64,000 bases of DNA from contig QCBL01000002.1 of the NCBI GenBank assembly GCA_003281625.1, positions 64,545 through 128,544 of the forward strand. The letters run 5' to 3'. Under the pieces are notes generated by a model that was not told the DNA's origin, made no database searches, and saw nothing but the letters and a program-made list of their open reading frames with translations. How positions within the stretch are numbered: the stretch's first letter is position 1; the number at the start of each line of letters is the position of its first letter. A program made the position numbers and the translations under genes. The stretch comes from Prochlorococcus sp. AG-347-I04. GTDB taxonomy: Bacteria; Cyanobacteriota; Cyanobacteriia; PCC-6307; Cyanobiaceae. Positions 12,486 through 23,256 of this stretch are shown in pieces.

Positions 12486-13106
12486 TCATCCAATCAAATT
12501 ATTAATTTCGTCTTTAAGGTGCATTGTCACAAGATTAAGTTCATTTCTTGATGAACTTTGCGGAGGTTGAACAGGTTTTCCCACTTTAATAACTATTTTT
12601 GAAAATAAAGGAAAAAAGAATTTAAATCTCATTAGCCTATGTGAATTAACTATTGCAACAGGCAATAATAATTTTTGATTTTTAAAGGCTAATAATGCTG
12701 CTCCTTGTTTGGGCTTATTTACTCGGCCATTTTTTTGACGAGTGCCATCAATAAAAATTCCAATACAATTATCGTTTGACAATTTTTTACATGCTGTTTT
12801 AATTGTATTTTTATCAACAATTCCTCTTTTCACAGGATATGCTCCACAAGCCTTGATAATAAAACCAAGAAAAGGAATTTTAAAAAGCTCTGCCTTGGCC
12901 ATAAAAGATATATTACGTCCAAGGGCATGGCCTAACAAAGGAGGATCAAGTAAAGAACCATGATTAGAAACCATGATAAAAGAATCTTTTTGCGGAATAT
13001 TGTCTCTACCTATTAATTGACCTTTAAATACAAATTTATAAATAGGTAATACAAAAAGCTTACTAACTAATTCGTAGGTTAATTTTTGAATAGTATGATT
13101 TTTCAT
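12486..13106 (-). CDS. plsC: 1-acyl-sn-glycerol-3-phosphate acyltransferase
   Basis: NHGSLLD (NHx4D), FMAKAELF, FIDGTR. Confidence 0.93.
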   Translation of the reverse strand: MKNHTIQKLTYELVSKLFVLPIYKFVFKGQLIGRDNIPQKDSFIMVSNHGSLLDPPLLGHALGRNISFMAKAELFKIPFLGFIIKACGAYPVKRGIVDKNTIKTACKKLSNDNCIGIFIDGTRQKNGRVNKPKQGAALLAFKNQKLLLPVAIVNSHRLMRFKFFFPLFSKIVIKVGKPVQPPQSSSRNELNLVTMHLKDEINNLIG

Positions 13107-13112
13107 ACAAAA

Positions 13113-14009
13113 TTAATAAGATATTTGATCAGAAGATGAAACTTGAGAAATTTTTACACCTTTAAGATGTCTTTTTCCTAAACCGCTTAGTACATTAGAA
13201 GGGCCAATTTCAACAATATGTAGATCACTATCTTTTGCCATTAAATCCATAGTTTCTCGCCACCTAACTCCATTACACATTTGCTTTTCTAATCTAATTT
13301 TAAGCTCGTTTGCATCACTACAAAGTGAAGGTTCACAATTACTTATGACTGGGAAAGAGGGTTTTTTAAATTGAATCTGTTTTAAATACTCAGAAAATTT
13401 TGATGAAGATTCATTCATAAATGGTGAATGAAATGCACCTGAAACATTTAATTTCAAGAATCTTTTACAAGAAAATTCTCTCGACAAATTATTTAATGCT
13501 TCAGTAGATCCTGATAAAACAACTTGGGAAGAGCTATTATCATTGGCAATTACAATATCATCAATTTTTTGTACCAATAGATCAAGTTCATTTCTATCAA
13601 AACCAATTACTGCTGCCATAGATCCTTTCCCAGCATTTACCATTAATTGAGACCTTTCTTTTATTAGAGAAACGCAATCTTCGAATGAAAAAACATCCGC
13701 ACAATATAGTGCAGTGATTTCCCCAAGACTATGCCCAGCAACATAAGTTGGTTTAAATCCATTTTCCTTTAATGCATCTAATAAAATTGATTCAACTAAA
13801 AAAAGACAAATTTGTGTGTTTCTTGTGTTATTTAAATCAATAAGAGGATTTGTTGGTTCATTATTTAACTCACAAATTTCAAATAAATTCCTTTCAAATA
13901 TCTCAGATGCATAACTAAACCTCTGTTTTGTGTTGGGCAAATTTTCAATTTGTTTTGCCATTCCAATTTTTTGCGAACCCTGTCCAGGGAATACCCATGC
14001 AACTGTCAT
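13113..14009 (-). CDS. fabD: Malonyl-CoA:ACP transacylase
   Basis: FPGQGSQ, GHSLGE, VSGAFHS. Confidence 0.96.
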   Translation of the reverse strand: MTVAWVFPGQGSQKIGMAKQIENLPNTKQRFSYASEIFERNLFEICELNNEPTNPLIDLNNTRNTQICLFLVESILLDALKENGFKPTYVAGHSLGEITALYCADVFSFEDCVSLIKERSQLMVNAGKGSMAAVIGFDRNELDLLVQKIDDIVIANDNSSSQVVLSGSTEALNNLSREFSCKRFLKLNVSGAFHSPFMNESSSKFSEYLKQIQFKKPSFPVISNCEPSLCSDANELKIRLEKQMCNGVRWRETMDLMAKDSDLHIVEIGPSNVLSGLGKRHLKGVKISQVSSSDQISY

Positions 14010-14027
14010 AATGTTCCTATTTTGTTT

Positions 14028-15035
14028 TTAACCCCATTTAATTAGGGCTGCACCCCAACTTAGCCCAGCACCGAAACCACTTGTAGCAATAATATCATTT
14101 TGTTTAATTCTATAATCTCTTACAGCCTCATCCATCATTAGTGGAATTGTTGCTGCTGAAGTATTGCCATATTTTTCTAAATTACTAAGAATCTTTTCTC
14201 TGGGAATTTTTAACCTTTCTCCTACAGAATCCAATATTCTTTGATTAGCTTGATGCAACAAGAGCCAATCAACTTGATCAGAATTATATTTCATTTTTTT
14301 CAACAACTTTTGAAGAATTAGGGGGACTTCTTTAACTGCGAATTTATAAACTTCCTGACCATTCATCTGAATTGGAGAAAAACCTCCACTTAAAAAGTCA
14401 ATTTCATCAACAATTGAATCCATATTATTTTTTGATGGAAGATTAAGAAAAGAACCCCTCCCCCCATCAGTTCTCATATCAAAACCTATAAAATTATCAA
14501 ATTCATTTGTTGCTTCAATTGCTAATGCACCGGCACCATCTCCAAAGAGAATACAACTTCTTCTATCATTCCAATCAACAAAACTTGATAATTGATCTGC
14601 TCCAATAACAATAGCCCTTTTATAACTACCCCCTTTTAAAAATTGTGAGGCTGTTATTAAGGCAAATAAAAAGCCGCTACAAGCTGCAGTTAAATCGAAA
14701 GCTACAGCATTAGCTGCCCCTAATTTAGCTTGAATGGATGGGGCTGATCCAAATAAATCATGCGGAGTAGAAGTAGCTAAAACAATCAAATCAATCGTTT
14801 TAATATCCCAATTAGCCATTTCTATAGCCTTCAGAGCAGCCTTAAAACCCATCTCAGTAACATTATCATCTACGCTAGAGATTCTTCTCTCAGAAATACC
14901 AGTTCTAGATTGTATCCATTCATTGCTTGTATCAACTTTTTGACTAATTTTTTGATTGGTTAGGATTTGATCAGGTACATAACTTCCACTTCCCTTGAAT
15001 GACACTCCAATCTGATTAAAATTTATTCCTTCCAA
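14028..15035 (-). CDS. fabH: 3-oxoacyl-ACP synthase III
   Basis: AACSGF, HQAN, YGNTSAA, GFGAGL. Confidence 0.96.
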   Translation of the reverse strand: MEGINFNQIGVSFKGSGSYVPDQILTNQKISQKVDTSNEWIQSRTGISERRISSVDDNVTEMGFKAALKAIEMANWDIKTIDLIVLATSTPHDLFGSAPSIQAKLGAANAVAFDLTAACSGFLFALITASQFLKGGSYKRAIVIGADQLSSFVDWNDRRSCILFGDGAGALAIEATNEFDNFIGFDMRTDGGRGSFLNLPSKNNMDSIVDEIDFLSGGFSPIQMNGQEVYKFAVKEVPLILQKLLKKMKYNSDQVDWLLLHQANQRILDSVGERLKIPREKILSNLEKYGNTSAATIPLMMDEAVRDYRIKQNDIIATSGFGAGLSWGAALIKWG

Positions 15036-15088
15036 AAGAGTTTTTTATTTACTTATATTAGTCAAACATAAATTTGACTCAATATGTT

Positions 15089-16507
15089 TTATGAATTTAA
15101 AACTTGAAGCTTTTGCAGTTGATTTAAATTGTCCATAACACCATGATTAACTGCAGAGTGAGCCAAGCGAAGAGCACTAACTACTGATAAAGATTTGCTA
15201 CTTCCATGGCCAATAACACAAATACCATTCACTCCAAGTAATAAAGCTCCTCCATGTTCGGCATGATCTAACCTTTTCTTAATTCTGAGTAGATTACTTC
15301 TTAAAAAAGCTGAACCAACTTTCCCCCGCCTTCCACGTGGCAGCTCAGATCTCAAAATATCTAATAAAACTCCTCCCACAGATTCAAGAAATTTCAATAA
15401 TATATTTCCAGTAAATCCATCACAGACTACTACGTCAAAGCTACCTGATAATACATCTCGCCCTTCACAATTACCTCCAAAATCAAAACTTTTTTCAGAA
15501 GATAATAATTCAAATGTTTTTAGGGATAAATCATTACCTTTGCATTCTTCTTCTCCAATATTTAAAAGGCCTATTCTTGGTTTTTTTACTTGTAAGACAT
15601 CTTTTGCATAAATGTTACCTAGAAGAGCAAATTGATGTAGATAAGATGGCTTACAATCAGTATTTGCACCAACATCTAAAACTAATACAGGGCGAGTTTG
15701 ATCCCTTGTTGGAAATAATGCTCCTATGGCTGGTCTATCAATCCCTTTCAATCTTCCAATTCTAAATATGGCAGAAGCCATCATGGCACCTGAATTACCA
15801 GCTGAGTAGACAGCTTCAGCTTTATTATTTCTCACTAAATCCATTGCAACGTTTATGCTTGCATTTTTCCTTTTTCTGACTGCAGTAGCTTCTTCATTCA
15901 TCCCAATAGGCTCTCCACTATCAATTAATTCAAGACGATTATTATTAATTTCATTGTCTAATAATTCTGCTATACCAGTTTTTTCTGCTGCATCTTTAAC
16001 TTTGTCAATTTTGCCAACAAACTTTATATTTATTGGGAATCTACTTATTGCTTCGAGGCAACCCTCAAGAATTGGGCCAGGAGCATAATCTCCACCCATA
16101 CCATCAACTGCGATCCAAATTCTTTTAGATTGAATGTCTTCAACCTTGTCTATAATATTATCGCTATTTTGTAATCTTTTTAATGGGTCAAAAACTAATG
16201 GCTGTAATTTATTTTTCGCTATTGAGCTAGCATTTGAAACAACACTGCTGGCAGTATTCACAACAGATTCAGCGCTTGAAACTACATTACCTGCAACATT
16301 ACCTGCAACGTTACTTGCAACATTACTAGCAGTGGTCACAACAGAACCAGCACCAGAAACCACGTTACCTGCAACATTACTAGCCGTTGCCGCAGAACTA
16401 GCAGCAGTATCTACTATTGAAGTGACAGCCGAGTTTCTCTTGTACCAAATAACTAATCTTCTAATAGCTCTGGGCTTGTTAATTTTTTGCGCTGTTTCTT
16501 TCCCCAT
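15089..16507 (-). CDS. plsX: Phosphate acyltransferase PlsX with ~128-aa N-terminal extension
   Basis: Core starts at about residue 129 (IAVDGMGGDYAP); SAGNSGA, VVVCDGFTGN, GHGSS. Confidence 0.94.
   Translation of the reverse strand: MGKETAQKINKPRAIRRLVIWYKRNSAVTSIVDTAASSAATASNVAGNVVSGAGSVVTTASNVASNVAGNVAGNVVSSAESVVNTASSVVSNASSIAKNKLQPLVFDPLKRLQNSDNIIDKVEDIQSKRIWIAVDGMGGDYAPGPILEGCLEAISRFPINIKFVGKIDKVKDAAEKTGIAELLDNEINNNRLELIDSGEPIGMNEEATAVRKRKNASINVAMDLVRNNKAEAVYSAGNSGAMMASAIFRIGRLKGIDRPAIGALFPTRDQTRPVLVLDVGANTDCKPSYLHQFALLGNIYAKDVLQVKKPRIGLLNIGEEECKGNDLSLKTFELLSSEKSFDFGGNCEGRDVLSGSFDVVVCDGFTGNILLKFLESVGGVLLDILRSELPRGRRGKVGSAFLRSNLLRIKKRLDHAEHGGALLLGVNGICVIGHGSSKSLSVVSALRLAHSAVNHGVMDNLNQLQKLQVLNS
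16284..16385. repeat. 12-bp coding tandem repeat in the plsX 5' extension
   Basis: ACATTACCTGCA ACATTACCTGCA ACGTTACTTGCA ACATTACTAGCA (16284-16331) plus two further units at 16362-16385; encodes A[SG]NV tetrapeptides on the minus strand. Confidence 0.9.
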
Positions 16508-17254
16508 TTATTTACCATCAAAAGGAGCAATATCAACAATCCGTTGGAAAAGATATCCTGTACCCCTTGCTGTCAAAATTAATTCAGGATTTGCTGGATC
16601 AGCCTCAAGTTTTGATCTTAATCTTGATATATGAACATCCACGACTCTCGTGTCTACATGTCTCTCGGGGGTATATCCCCAAACTTCTTTCAAAATCTCT
16701 CCTCTACTAAATGGCTCTCCTGACCTACTTACCAAAAGCTCTAAGAGACTAAATTCCATTCCAGTTAATCTTATTCTCTCATCGCTTTTAAAAACTTGTC
16801 TTCGATTTGTATCAATTTTTATATCCGTTACCAAAATTAATCCTGAATTAGGCATTCCAGGAATTTGTTCTTTGTCGATTCTTCTAAGAACACACCTTAT
16901 TCTAGCTTCTAATTCCTTTGGGCTGAATGGTTTTACTACATAATCATCAGCCCCCAATTCTAAACCTGTTATCCTATCTGCAACATCTCCTAATGCAGTT
17001 AACATAACAATTGGAACATCAGAATCTTTCCTTAATTCTTGACAAACTCCATAACCATCTAACTTTGGCATCATGACGTCAAGCACTACTAAATCAGGTT
17101 CATAATCCTTAAATAACTTTAGTGCTTCTTTACCATCACTTGCAGTTACAACTTTGTAGCCAATCATGGAGAGACGTGTCTCCAGAATTCTTCTAATACT
17201 TGCCTCGTCATCTGCGACAAGTATAGTTTCTTTAGTTTGACTAGATAGAGCCAT
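16508..17254 (-). CDS. rpaB: OmpR-family response regulator RpaB (Ycf27)
   Basis: ILVADDEASIRRILETRLSMIGY...TPERHVDTRVVDVHISRLRSKLE..NPELILTARGTGY. Confidence 0.93.
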   Translation of the reverse strand: MALSSQTKETILVADDEASIRRILETRLSMIGYKVVTASDGKEALKLFKDYEPDLVVLDVMMPKLDGYGVCQELRKDSDVPIVMLTALGDVADRITGLELGADDYVVKPFSPKELEARIRCVLRRIDKEQIPGMPNSGLILVTDIKIDTNRRQVFKSDERIRLTGMEFSLLELLVSRSGEPFSRGEILKEVWGYTPERHVDTRVVDVHISRLRSKLEADPANPELILTARGTGYLFQRIVDIAPFDGK

Positions 17255-17361
17255 TTGTTTCTATTAGCTAATCAGTAAGAGAATTTATTATTAACCTAAT
17301 CTAACTTGTAGAGGGGCAATATCCCAAACATTCTAGTTCCCTTACTTCATTCAGAAACTTA

Positions 17362-18714
17362 ATGTCTAGCAAATTATCGACTTTTATTTGTCAGAATTGC
17401 GGATCTGAAACTTCTCAATACTTTGGAAAATGCCTTAATTGCAACTCATGGAATTCCATTGTTGAAGAAATAAAAAGTAAGACCTCTAAATATCAAGAGA
17501 AAAAAAATAGTAAAAAATCTATACCGTTTCATGAGATCTCATCAAAAAAAATATTAAGATTTTCGAGTGGTTTTAGGGAATTCGATCGAGTTCTTGGAGG
17601 TGGAATTGTACCTGGATCTGTTGTTTTACTCGGAGGAGAACCAGGTATAGGTAAAAGCACATTAGTTCTTCAATCAGCAGGGAAAATATCTCTCAATGAA
17701 AAAGTGTTATACATAACTGCAGAAGAATCCCTAGAACAAGTAAAAATTAGATGGGAAAGATTAAATCAAAACAGTATTGATTTACAAATTTTTGCAGAAA
17801 CTAATTTATCTCTAATTATTGAAGAGATCAAACATGTCAATCCAAGTTTCGCAATTATTGATAGTATTCAAGCCATCCATAATCATGAAATGCAAAGTTC
17901 TCCAGGATCTGTTTCTCAAGTTAGAGAATGTTCTTCTGAGTTGCAAAATCTAGCCAAAGATAATAATATTGCGCTTCTAATAATTGGTCATGTAACCAAA
18001 GATGGTGCTTTAGCTGGCCCAAAAACTCTAGAACATTTAGTTGATACAGTAATAAACTTTGAAGGAGATAAGATTTCATCTCATAGATTACTAAGAAGTA
18101 TAAAAAATCGATTTGGATCGACCTTTGAAATTGGAATTTTTGAAATGCTTGAAGAGGGTTTACGTGAGATAAAAAACCCAAGTTCAATTTTTACAAATAA
18201 AGAAAATATTTCAGGTGTAACAACTACTATTACAAATGAAGGCACTCGACCATTAGCAGTTGATATACAAGCACTGGTAAATAAAACTTTCTACAGTAAC
18301 CCAAGACGAACTACAACTGGAATTAGCATAAATAGATTGCATCAAATTCTCGCTGTCATTGAAAAACACGTAGGGATAAAATTATCTGAGTTTGATTGTT
18401 ATGTAGCTACTGGTGGAGGTTTTGAAATTAATGATCCCTCATCTGACTTAGGTGTAGCAATATCGATTTTATCGAGTTTGAAAAATATTCCTCCTTTGGC
18501 TAATACCTCATTTATTGGGGAATTGGGTTTGAGCGGTCAAGTTAGAAAATCGAATAATCTCCGGATAAAAATAGAAGAAGCTGTAAGACTAGGAATTAAA
18601 AATATCGTAGTGCCAAAAATAGAGGAGGAACTAAATAATAATTTTCAAAAATTAATAAATATCAAAGAGATATCCAATATTAAAGAAGCAGTTGATTATT
18701 CTTTATCAAAATAA
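17362..18714 (+). CDS. radA: DNA repair protein RadA/Sms
   Basis: N-terminal C4 zinc finger, GGEPGIGKST, KNRFG motif. Confidence 0.96.
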   Translation: MSSKLSTFICQNCGSETSQYFGKCLNCNSWNSIVEEIKSKTSKYQEKKNSKKSIPFHEISSKKILRFSSGFREFDRVLGGGIVPGSVVLLGGEPGIGKSTLVLQSAGKISLNEKVLYITAEESLEQVKIRWERLNQNSIDLQIFAETNLSLIIEEIKHVNPSFAIIDSIQAIHNHEMQSSPGSVSQVRECSSELQNLAKDNNIALLIIGHVTKDGALAGPKTLEHLVDTVINFEGDKISSHRLLRSIKNRFGSTFEIGIFEMLEEGLREIKNPSSIFTNKENISGVTTTITNEGTRPLAVDIQALVNKTFYSNPRRTTTGISINRLHQILAVIEKHVGIKLSEFDCYVATGGGFEINDPSSDLGVAISILSSLKNIPPLANTSFIGELGLSGQVRKSNNLRIKIEEAVRLGIKNIVVPKIEEELNNNFQKLINIKEISNIKEAVDYSLSK

Positions 18715-18719
18715 AAAAA

Positions 18720-19241
18720 TCAAAGGTACATATCAATAGAGCTCCTTCCTGAGTTTTTCAACCAATTCTCAATATCTAGATAACCACCTGGATATAACCT
18801 AACTGCTTTAGACCAGACTTCAGCAGCTTTATCAAACCAAATATCTCTCTGATCTAAATCACCATTTTGCTCAGCGTATCTTCCCCTTTTTTCATAAATT
18901 AAACCTATATTTTTGAGGCATGATGGCTGTTTAGGATTTTCTGCTAATGCTTTTTCATAAGTTTCAATAGACAAATCCTCTTCCCCATTACTCATGTATA
19001 TTATTGCCATATTTTTTAAAGTCTCACCCCTATCAATTTTATTTTCTTCAAGCAATAAACTCTCTTTGTAATACTCTAACGCTTCCGAATAATCTCCATT
19101 ATTTTGTGCGGCTAAGCCATCTCTGTAATAGATATATGCCTTTTTTTCTTTCTCTGCAATAGGCATTATTTTTACAATAGATTCAGCAATTACAGTAAAA
19201 GCTTTATCAATAAAATTGTCTCTGTTTTGATTACTAGGCAC
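18720..19241 (-). CDS. ycf3: Photosystem I assembly TPR protein Ycf3
   Basis: [29 protein letters not shown]...[12 protein letters not shown]; GTG start. Confidence 0.96.
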   Translation of the reverse strand: MPSNQNRDNFIDKAFTVIAESIVKIMPIAEKEKKAYIYYRDGLAAQNNGDYSEALEYYKESLLLEENKIDRGETLKNMAIIYMSNGEEDLSIETYEKALAENPKQPSCLKNIGLIYEKRGRYAEQNGDLDQRDIWFDKAAEVWSKAVRLYPGGYLDIENWLKNSGRSSIDMYL

Positions 19242-19362
19242 CGCTCTAAAACTAATAAAATTAATATAGTAATTTAAAAAATAACTATTTAAAAAGTCTA
19301 TTACATTTATTATTATAATTAAAAAATAGGCAGAGCATTAATTTGCTTCAATCGCAAAAAAT

Positions 19363-21657
19363 ATGGAAAGCATTCAATTAAGCATTACAGGGATGAAATG
19401 CGGAGGTTGTGTTAGCACTGTTGAAAAAATATTAAAAAATTCTGATGGTATTGAAAATGTTTCTGTTAACTTACTAACTGAAAGTGCATATTTTGAAATT
19501 ACCCAGAAACAGATAGAACTAGAAGCAGTTCTCGAAAATCTAAAAGAAAATGGTTTCCCATCAAAGATTTACATAAATGATTTTTCAAAAAAAATAAATA
19601 AGGCAGAATTAGAAAAAAAAAAGAGCTGGAATAATCAATGGAAAAAACTAACTTTTGCTTTATTACTTTTATTATTTTCTGGTTTAGGTCATCTAGCAGA
19701 AGGAAGATATATAAATTTTCCGATATTAGGTAATATATTTTTTCACGCTTCATTAGCAACATTAGCTCTATTCTTTCCTGGCAGAGGAATAATTATTAAT
19801 GGTTTTAAATCATTTATTAAGAACCGGCCTGATATGGATTCTCTAGTAGCTCTTGGAGTAACTAGCGCATATATAACAAGTCTTCTATCCTTAATATTTC
19901 CTGCCACTGGTTTTCCTTGTTTTTTTAATGAACCAGTTATGCTGTTAGGTTTCATATTGATTGGGCGTTTCTTAGAGGAAAGAGCAAGATACCAAACTGG
20001 TTCATCTATTGGAGAGTTATTAGATCTTCAACCTGAAATGGCAAATATCTATACAGAAGATAATCAAATAAAATCAATAAGAGTAAACACTTTAAGACCA
20101 AATCAAGAGATTCAAGTTTTAGCTGGAGACAGAGTGCCTGCTGACTGCATTGTTACTAAAGGTAATTCATATATTGATGTTTCACATATCACCGGAGAAT
20201 CCAAGCCTATCGAGGTAAAAAAAGGCGAAAATCTATCTAGTGGGTCTTTAAATCTTAATTCAACTCTTAGACTTAAAGTACTTAAGGTCGGAGGGGATTC
20301 TTCTCTTGCGAAACTAGTAAATCTTATTGAGTCTGTAAACGCTAGAAAACCTCGCATTCAAAGAATTGCCGATGAAATTGCAGGCAAATTTACTTACTTT
20401 GTCCTTATTTTTGCTACCTTAACTTTCTTCTTTTGGTGGAAGGGGGCAAGAAACATTTGGCCAGATTTATTAAGTCATAATCATCAACTCATAACTCACT
20501 CAAGCCATACACTTCATAGTTCGCTTGGTAGTAATGCTGAGAATTTTCTTAGTTTAGCAATACAATTGTCAATTGCCGTTTTAGTAATAGCTTGTCCTTG
20601 TGCATTAGGTTTAGCCACCCCAACTGTAATAACTGTCGCATCAGGTAAAGCAGCAAAAAAGGGCGTTTTATTTAAAGGCGGGGACAAAATAGAGATGGCT
20701 TCAAAAATTAATCACATTATTTTTGACAAGACAGGTACATTAACAAAAGGTAAGCCATTCATCGTTGATTATAAAAATTATGATGATCATTCTTTTTTAT
20801 TAAGAATAGCTGCCAGCTTAGAAAAGGAAAGCAGACATCCAATAGCAGATGCGTTGATTCAAGAAGCAAAAAAACAAAATTTAAGTTTATTTCCAATAAA
20901 AAAAATTATCACTCATTCAGGCCGAGGTATTTCTGGAGAACTAGATTCAATTGATGGACTTATTAATATTGGAAATATTGAATGGCTACTAAGTAAAGGA
21001 ACAATCATTGATAGTGATGCAAAAAAAGTAATTGAAAATGAAGAGACAAAAACGAACACTATTATTGGAGTAAGTATAAAAGATAAGTTATTAGGTTTTA
21101 TCTTCCTAGGAGATTTACTCAGAGATGATTCAATTAAAACAGTGCAAAATTTAAGAAAAAACAAATTTAAAATTAATATTTTAAGTGGAGATAGGAAACA
21201 AACAGTTTTAGCTTTAGCAAAAAAAATTGGTTTTAAAGAAAGTGAAGTCAAATGGGGTCTTCTTCCTGAAATGAAGCTAAAGACCATAGAAAATTTAAAA
21301 ATTGATAATAAAGTAGCAATGATTGGTGATGGTATTAATGATGTCCCAGCCTTAGCATCTTCAGACTTAGGAATTGCGGTGGGATCAGGAACTCAAATAG
21401 CTAAGGCAAATGCAGATGTAGTATTGATGGGAGATCAACTAAATGGATTACCCTACGCTTTAAATCTTGCCAAAAAAACTATAAGAAAAATAAAGCAAAA
21501 TCTAACATGGGCTTTTGGTTACAACTTACTAGCTATACCTTTAGCCGCCGGCATTTTATTCCCTAAATACGGTATTCTTCTTACTCCCTCAATAGCAGCA
21601 TTATTGATGGCTATTAGCTCTATTACAGTTGTAATTAATGCTTTATCTTTGGATTAA
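19363..21657 (+). CDS. Copper-translocating P1B-type ATPase (CtaA/CopA-like)
   Basis: HMA GMKCGGC, TGES, CPCALGLATP, DKTGTLT, HP, GDGIND, YN..AIP motif typical of Cu+ P1B-1 pumps. Confidence 0.9.
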   Translation: MESIQLSITGMKCGGCVSTVEKILKNSDGIENVSVNLLTESAYFEITQKQIELEAVLENLKENGFPSKIYINDFSKKINKAELEKKKSWNNQWKKLTFALLLLLFSGLGHLAEGRYINFPILGNIFFHASLATLALFFPGRGIIINGFKSFIKNRPDMDSLVALGVTSAYITSLLSLIFPATGFPCFFNEPVMLLGFILIGRFLEERARYQTGSSIGELLDLQPEMANIYTEDNQIKSIRVNTLRPNQEIQVLAGDRVPADCIVTKGNSYIDVSHITGESKPIEVKKGENLSSGSLNLNSTLRLKVLKVGGDSSLAKLVNLIESVNARKPRIQRIADEIAGKFTYFVLIFATLTFFFWWKGARNIWPDLLSHNHQLITHSSHTLHSSLGSNAENFLSLAIQLSIAVLVIACPCALGLATPTVITVASGKAAKKGVLFKGGDKIEMASKINHIIFDKTGTLTKGKPFIVDYKNYDDHSFLLRIAASLEKESRHPIADALIQEAKKQNLSLFPIKKIITHSGRGISGELDSIDGLINIGNIEWLLSKGTIIDSDAKKVIENEETKTNTIIGVSIKDKLLGFIFLGDLLRDDSIKTVQNLRKNKFKINILSGDRKQTVLALAKKIGFKESEVKWGLLPEMKLKTIENLKIDNKVAMIGDGINDVPALASSDLGIAVGSGTQIAKANADVVLMGDQLNGLPYALNLAKKTIRKIKQNLTWAFGYNLLAIPLAAGILFPKYGILLTPSIAALLMAISSITVVINALSLD

Positions 21658-22299
21658 ATGAAAGGAAAATTTATCGTTATTGAGGGTATTGATGGATGTG
21701 GTAAAACTACCCAAATAGATGAACTATCTAAATGGCTTCCTAATAGTGGTCTAATAAAGAAAGGGTCTAAATTAATCACAACTAGAGAACCTGGGGGCAG
21801 TCTTTTAGGAAAAAAACTTAGAGGACTGATTCTTGATAATAATGAAAATAACAAACCTTCATCTCTTGCAGAATTATTGCTTTATTCAGCAGATAGAGCT
21901 GAACACGTTTCCAAAATTATTTCACCTGCTTTAAATAACAATGATTGGGTAATAAGTGATAGATTTTCTGATTCCACACTGGCTTATCAAGGTTATGGAA
22001 GAAATATAAATTTAGAAATAATTAAAAATATTGAATCTATTGTTTGTCAAGGAGTATCTCCAGATCTCACTTTCTTCTTAGAAATTTCTCCAGAAGAGAG
22101 CTTATTCCGAAGAAAAAATGAAATTCCAGACAGAATAGAATCAGAAGGTATTAGATTTTTAGAAAAAGTAAATGAAGGCTTCAAACTAATTGCCAAACAA
22201 AAAAACTGGAAAGTAATATCTGCTTCACAAAATATTAAAACTATTTCTAATCAAATTAAAGAGACTTTGCTAAACAATTTTTCTAAAAAAAATGATTGA
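21658..22299 (+). CDS. tmk: Thymidylate kinase
   Basis: [29 protein letters not shown]. Confidence 0.96.
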   Translation: MKGKFIVIEGIDGCGKTTQIDELSKWLPNSGLIKKGSKLITTREPGGSLLGKKLRGLILDNNENNKPSSLAELLLYSADRAEHVSKIISPALNNNDWVISDRFSDSTLAYQGYGRNINLEIIKNIESIVCQGVSPDLTFFLEISPEESLFRRKNEIPDRIESEGIRFLEKVNEGFKLIAKQKNWKVISASQNIKTISNQIKETLLNNFSKKND

Positions 22300-23254
22300 G
22301 TTTAAAAAAAATAATTTCTTCTTGAATGAAGAAGCCAATACCTTTCTTAAAAGTATAATTAAAAACAAATCATTGGCTAATGGTTATATATTTTATGGTG
22401 CTGAAGGATTAGGCAAAAAGCAAACTGCTCTTCAATTTATAAAAGAAATTTTCAAACAGTCTACACCAAGCGAAAATGTTGAAGAGAAAATTACAAACAA
22501 TAACCATCCTGATTTTTTAATTATTGAACCTGATTCACTTTTGCAAACAAAAAGTTCAAGAAGTTTCGATCTTGAAAAAACAATAAAAAGTGAATCTGAG
22601 ATTATTAAAATTGCTCAAATACGTAATATCAAAACTTTTCTTAGTCAAAAATCAATAAACTCAGAAAAAAAAATTGTATTAATAATTGATGCACACCTCC
22701 TAAACGAAGCAGCCTCAAATTGCCTTTTAAAAACCTTAGAAGAACCTAGTAACGGAATTTTTATTTTACTAACATCTAAATTAAACCTTCTTTTAGATAC
22801 GATCATTTCAAGATGTCAAATCGTCAGATTTCGATCTATTTCTAGTAAACAAATAAAGTCCCTTTTGAAAGAATATTTAGATACTTCTAAATTAAAGATA
22901 AATACAAATTTAAAATTTGAAGATTTAATAAACTCTGCGAATGGATCTCCAAATCAATTATTGAAAAATATTGAAGTTTGTAATAATTTTTCAGATGAAC
23001 TTATAGGTATATTAGATTCTCCAATAAAAAATAGTCTAGAAATATTAGAAATATCTAAGTCAATATCTGAAAAATTGGAAATTTCTCAACAGATTTGTTT
23101 AGTAAATTTAATTCAAACAATTTGGTGGAGAAAAACAAAAAATATTAGTTTAATTAAAAAACTTGAAAATTTAAAAACCCTATTAAGAAAGAAAATTCAA
23201 ACGAGGTTGGCATGGGAAATTACTTTTTTAAAAATTTCAATGGAAGATGTATAA
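22292..23254 (+). CDS. holB: DNA polymerase III delta' subunit
   Basis: [27 protein letters not shown]; tmk-holB synteny. Confidence 0.92.
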   Translation: MIEFKKNNFFLNEEANTFLKSIIKNKSLANGYIFYGAEGLGKKQTALQFIKEIFKQSTPSENVEEKITNNNHPDFLIIEPDSLLQTKSSRSFDLEKTIKSESEIIKIAQIRNIKTFLSQKSINSEKKIVLIIDAHLLNEAASNCLLKTLEEPSNGIFILLTSKLNLLLDTIISRCQIVRFRSISSKQIKSLLKEYLDTSKLKINTNLKFEDLINSANGSPNQLLKNIEVCNNFSDELIGILDSPIKNSLEILEISKSISEKLEISQQICLVNLIQTIWWRKTKNISLIKKLENLKTLLRKKIQTRLAWEITFLKISMEDV

Positions 23255-23256
23255 AA

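Noticed and set aside
16134-16634. 166-aa plus-strand ORF antisense to plsX/rpaB
   Set aside because: Shadow of the repetitive plsX extension, whose codons lack antisense stops; no independent coding signal.
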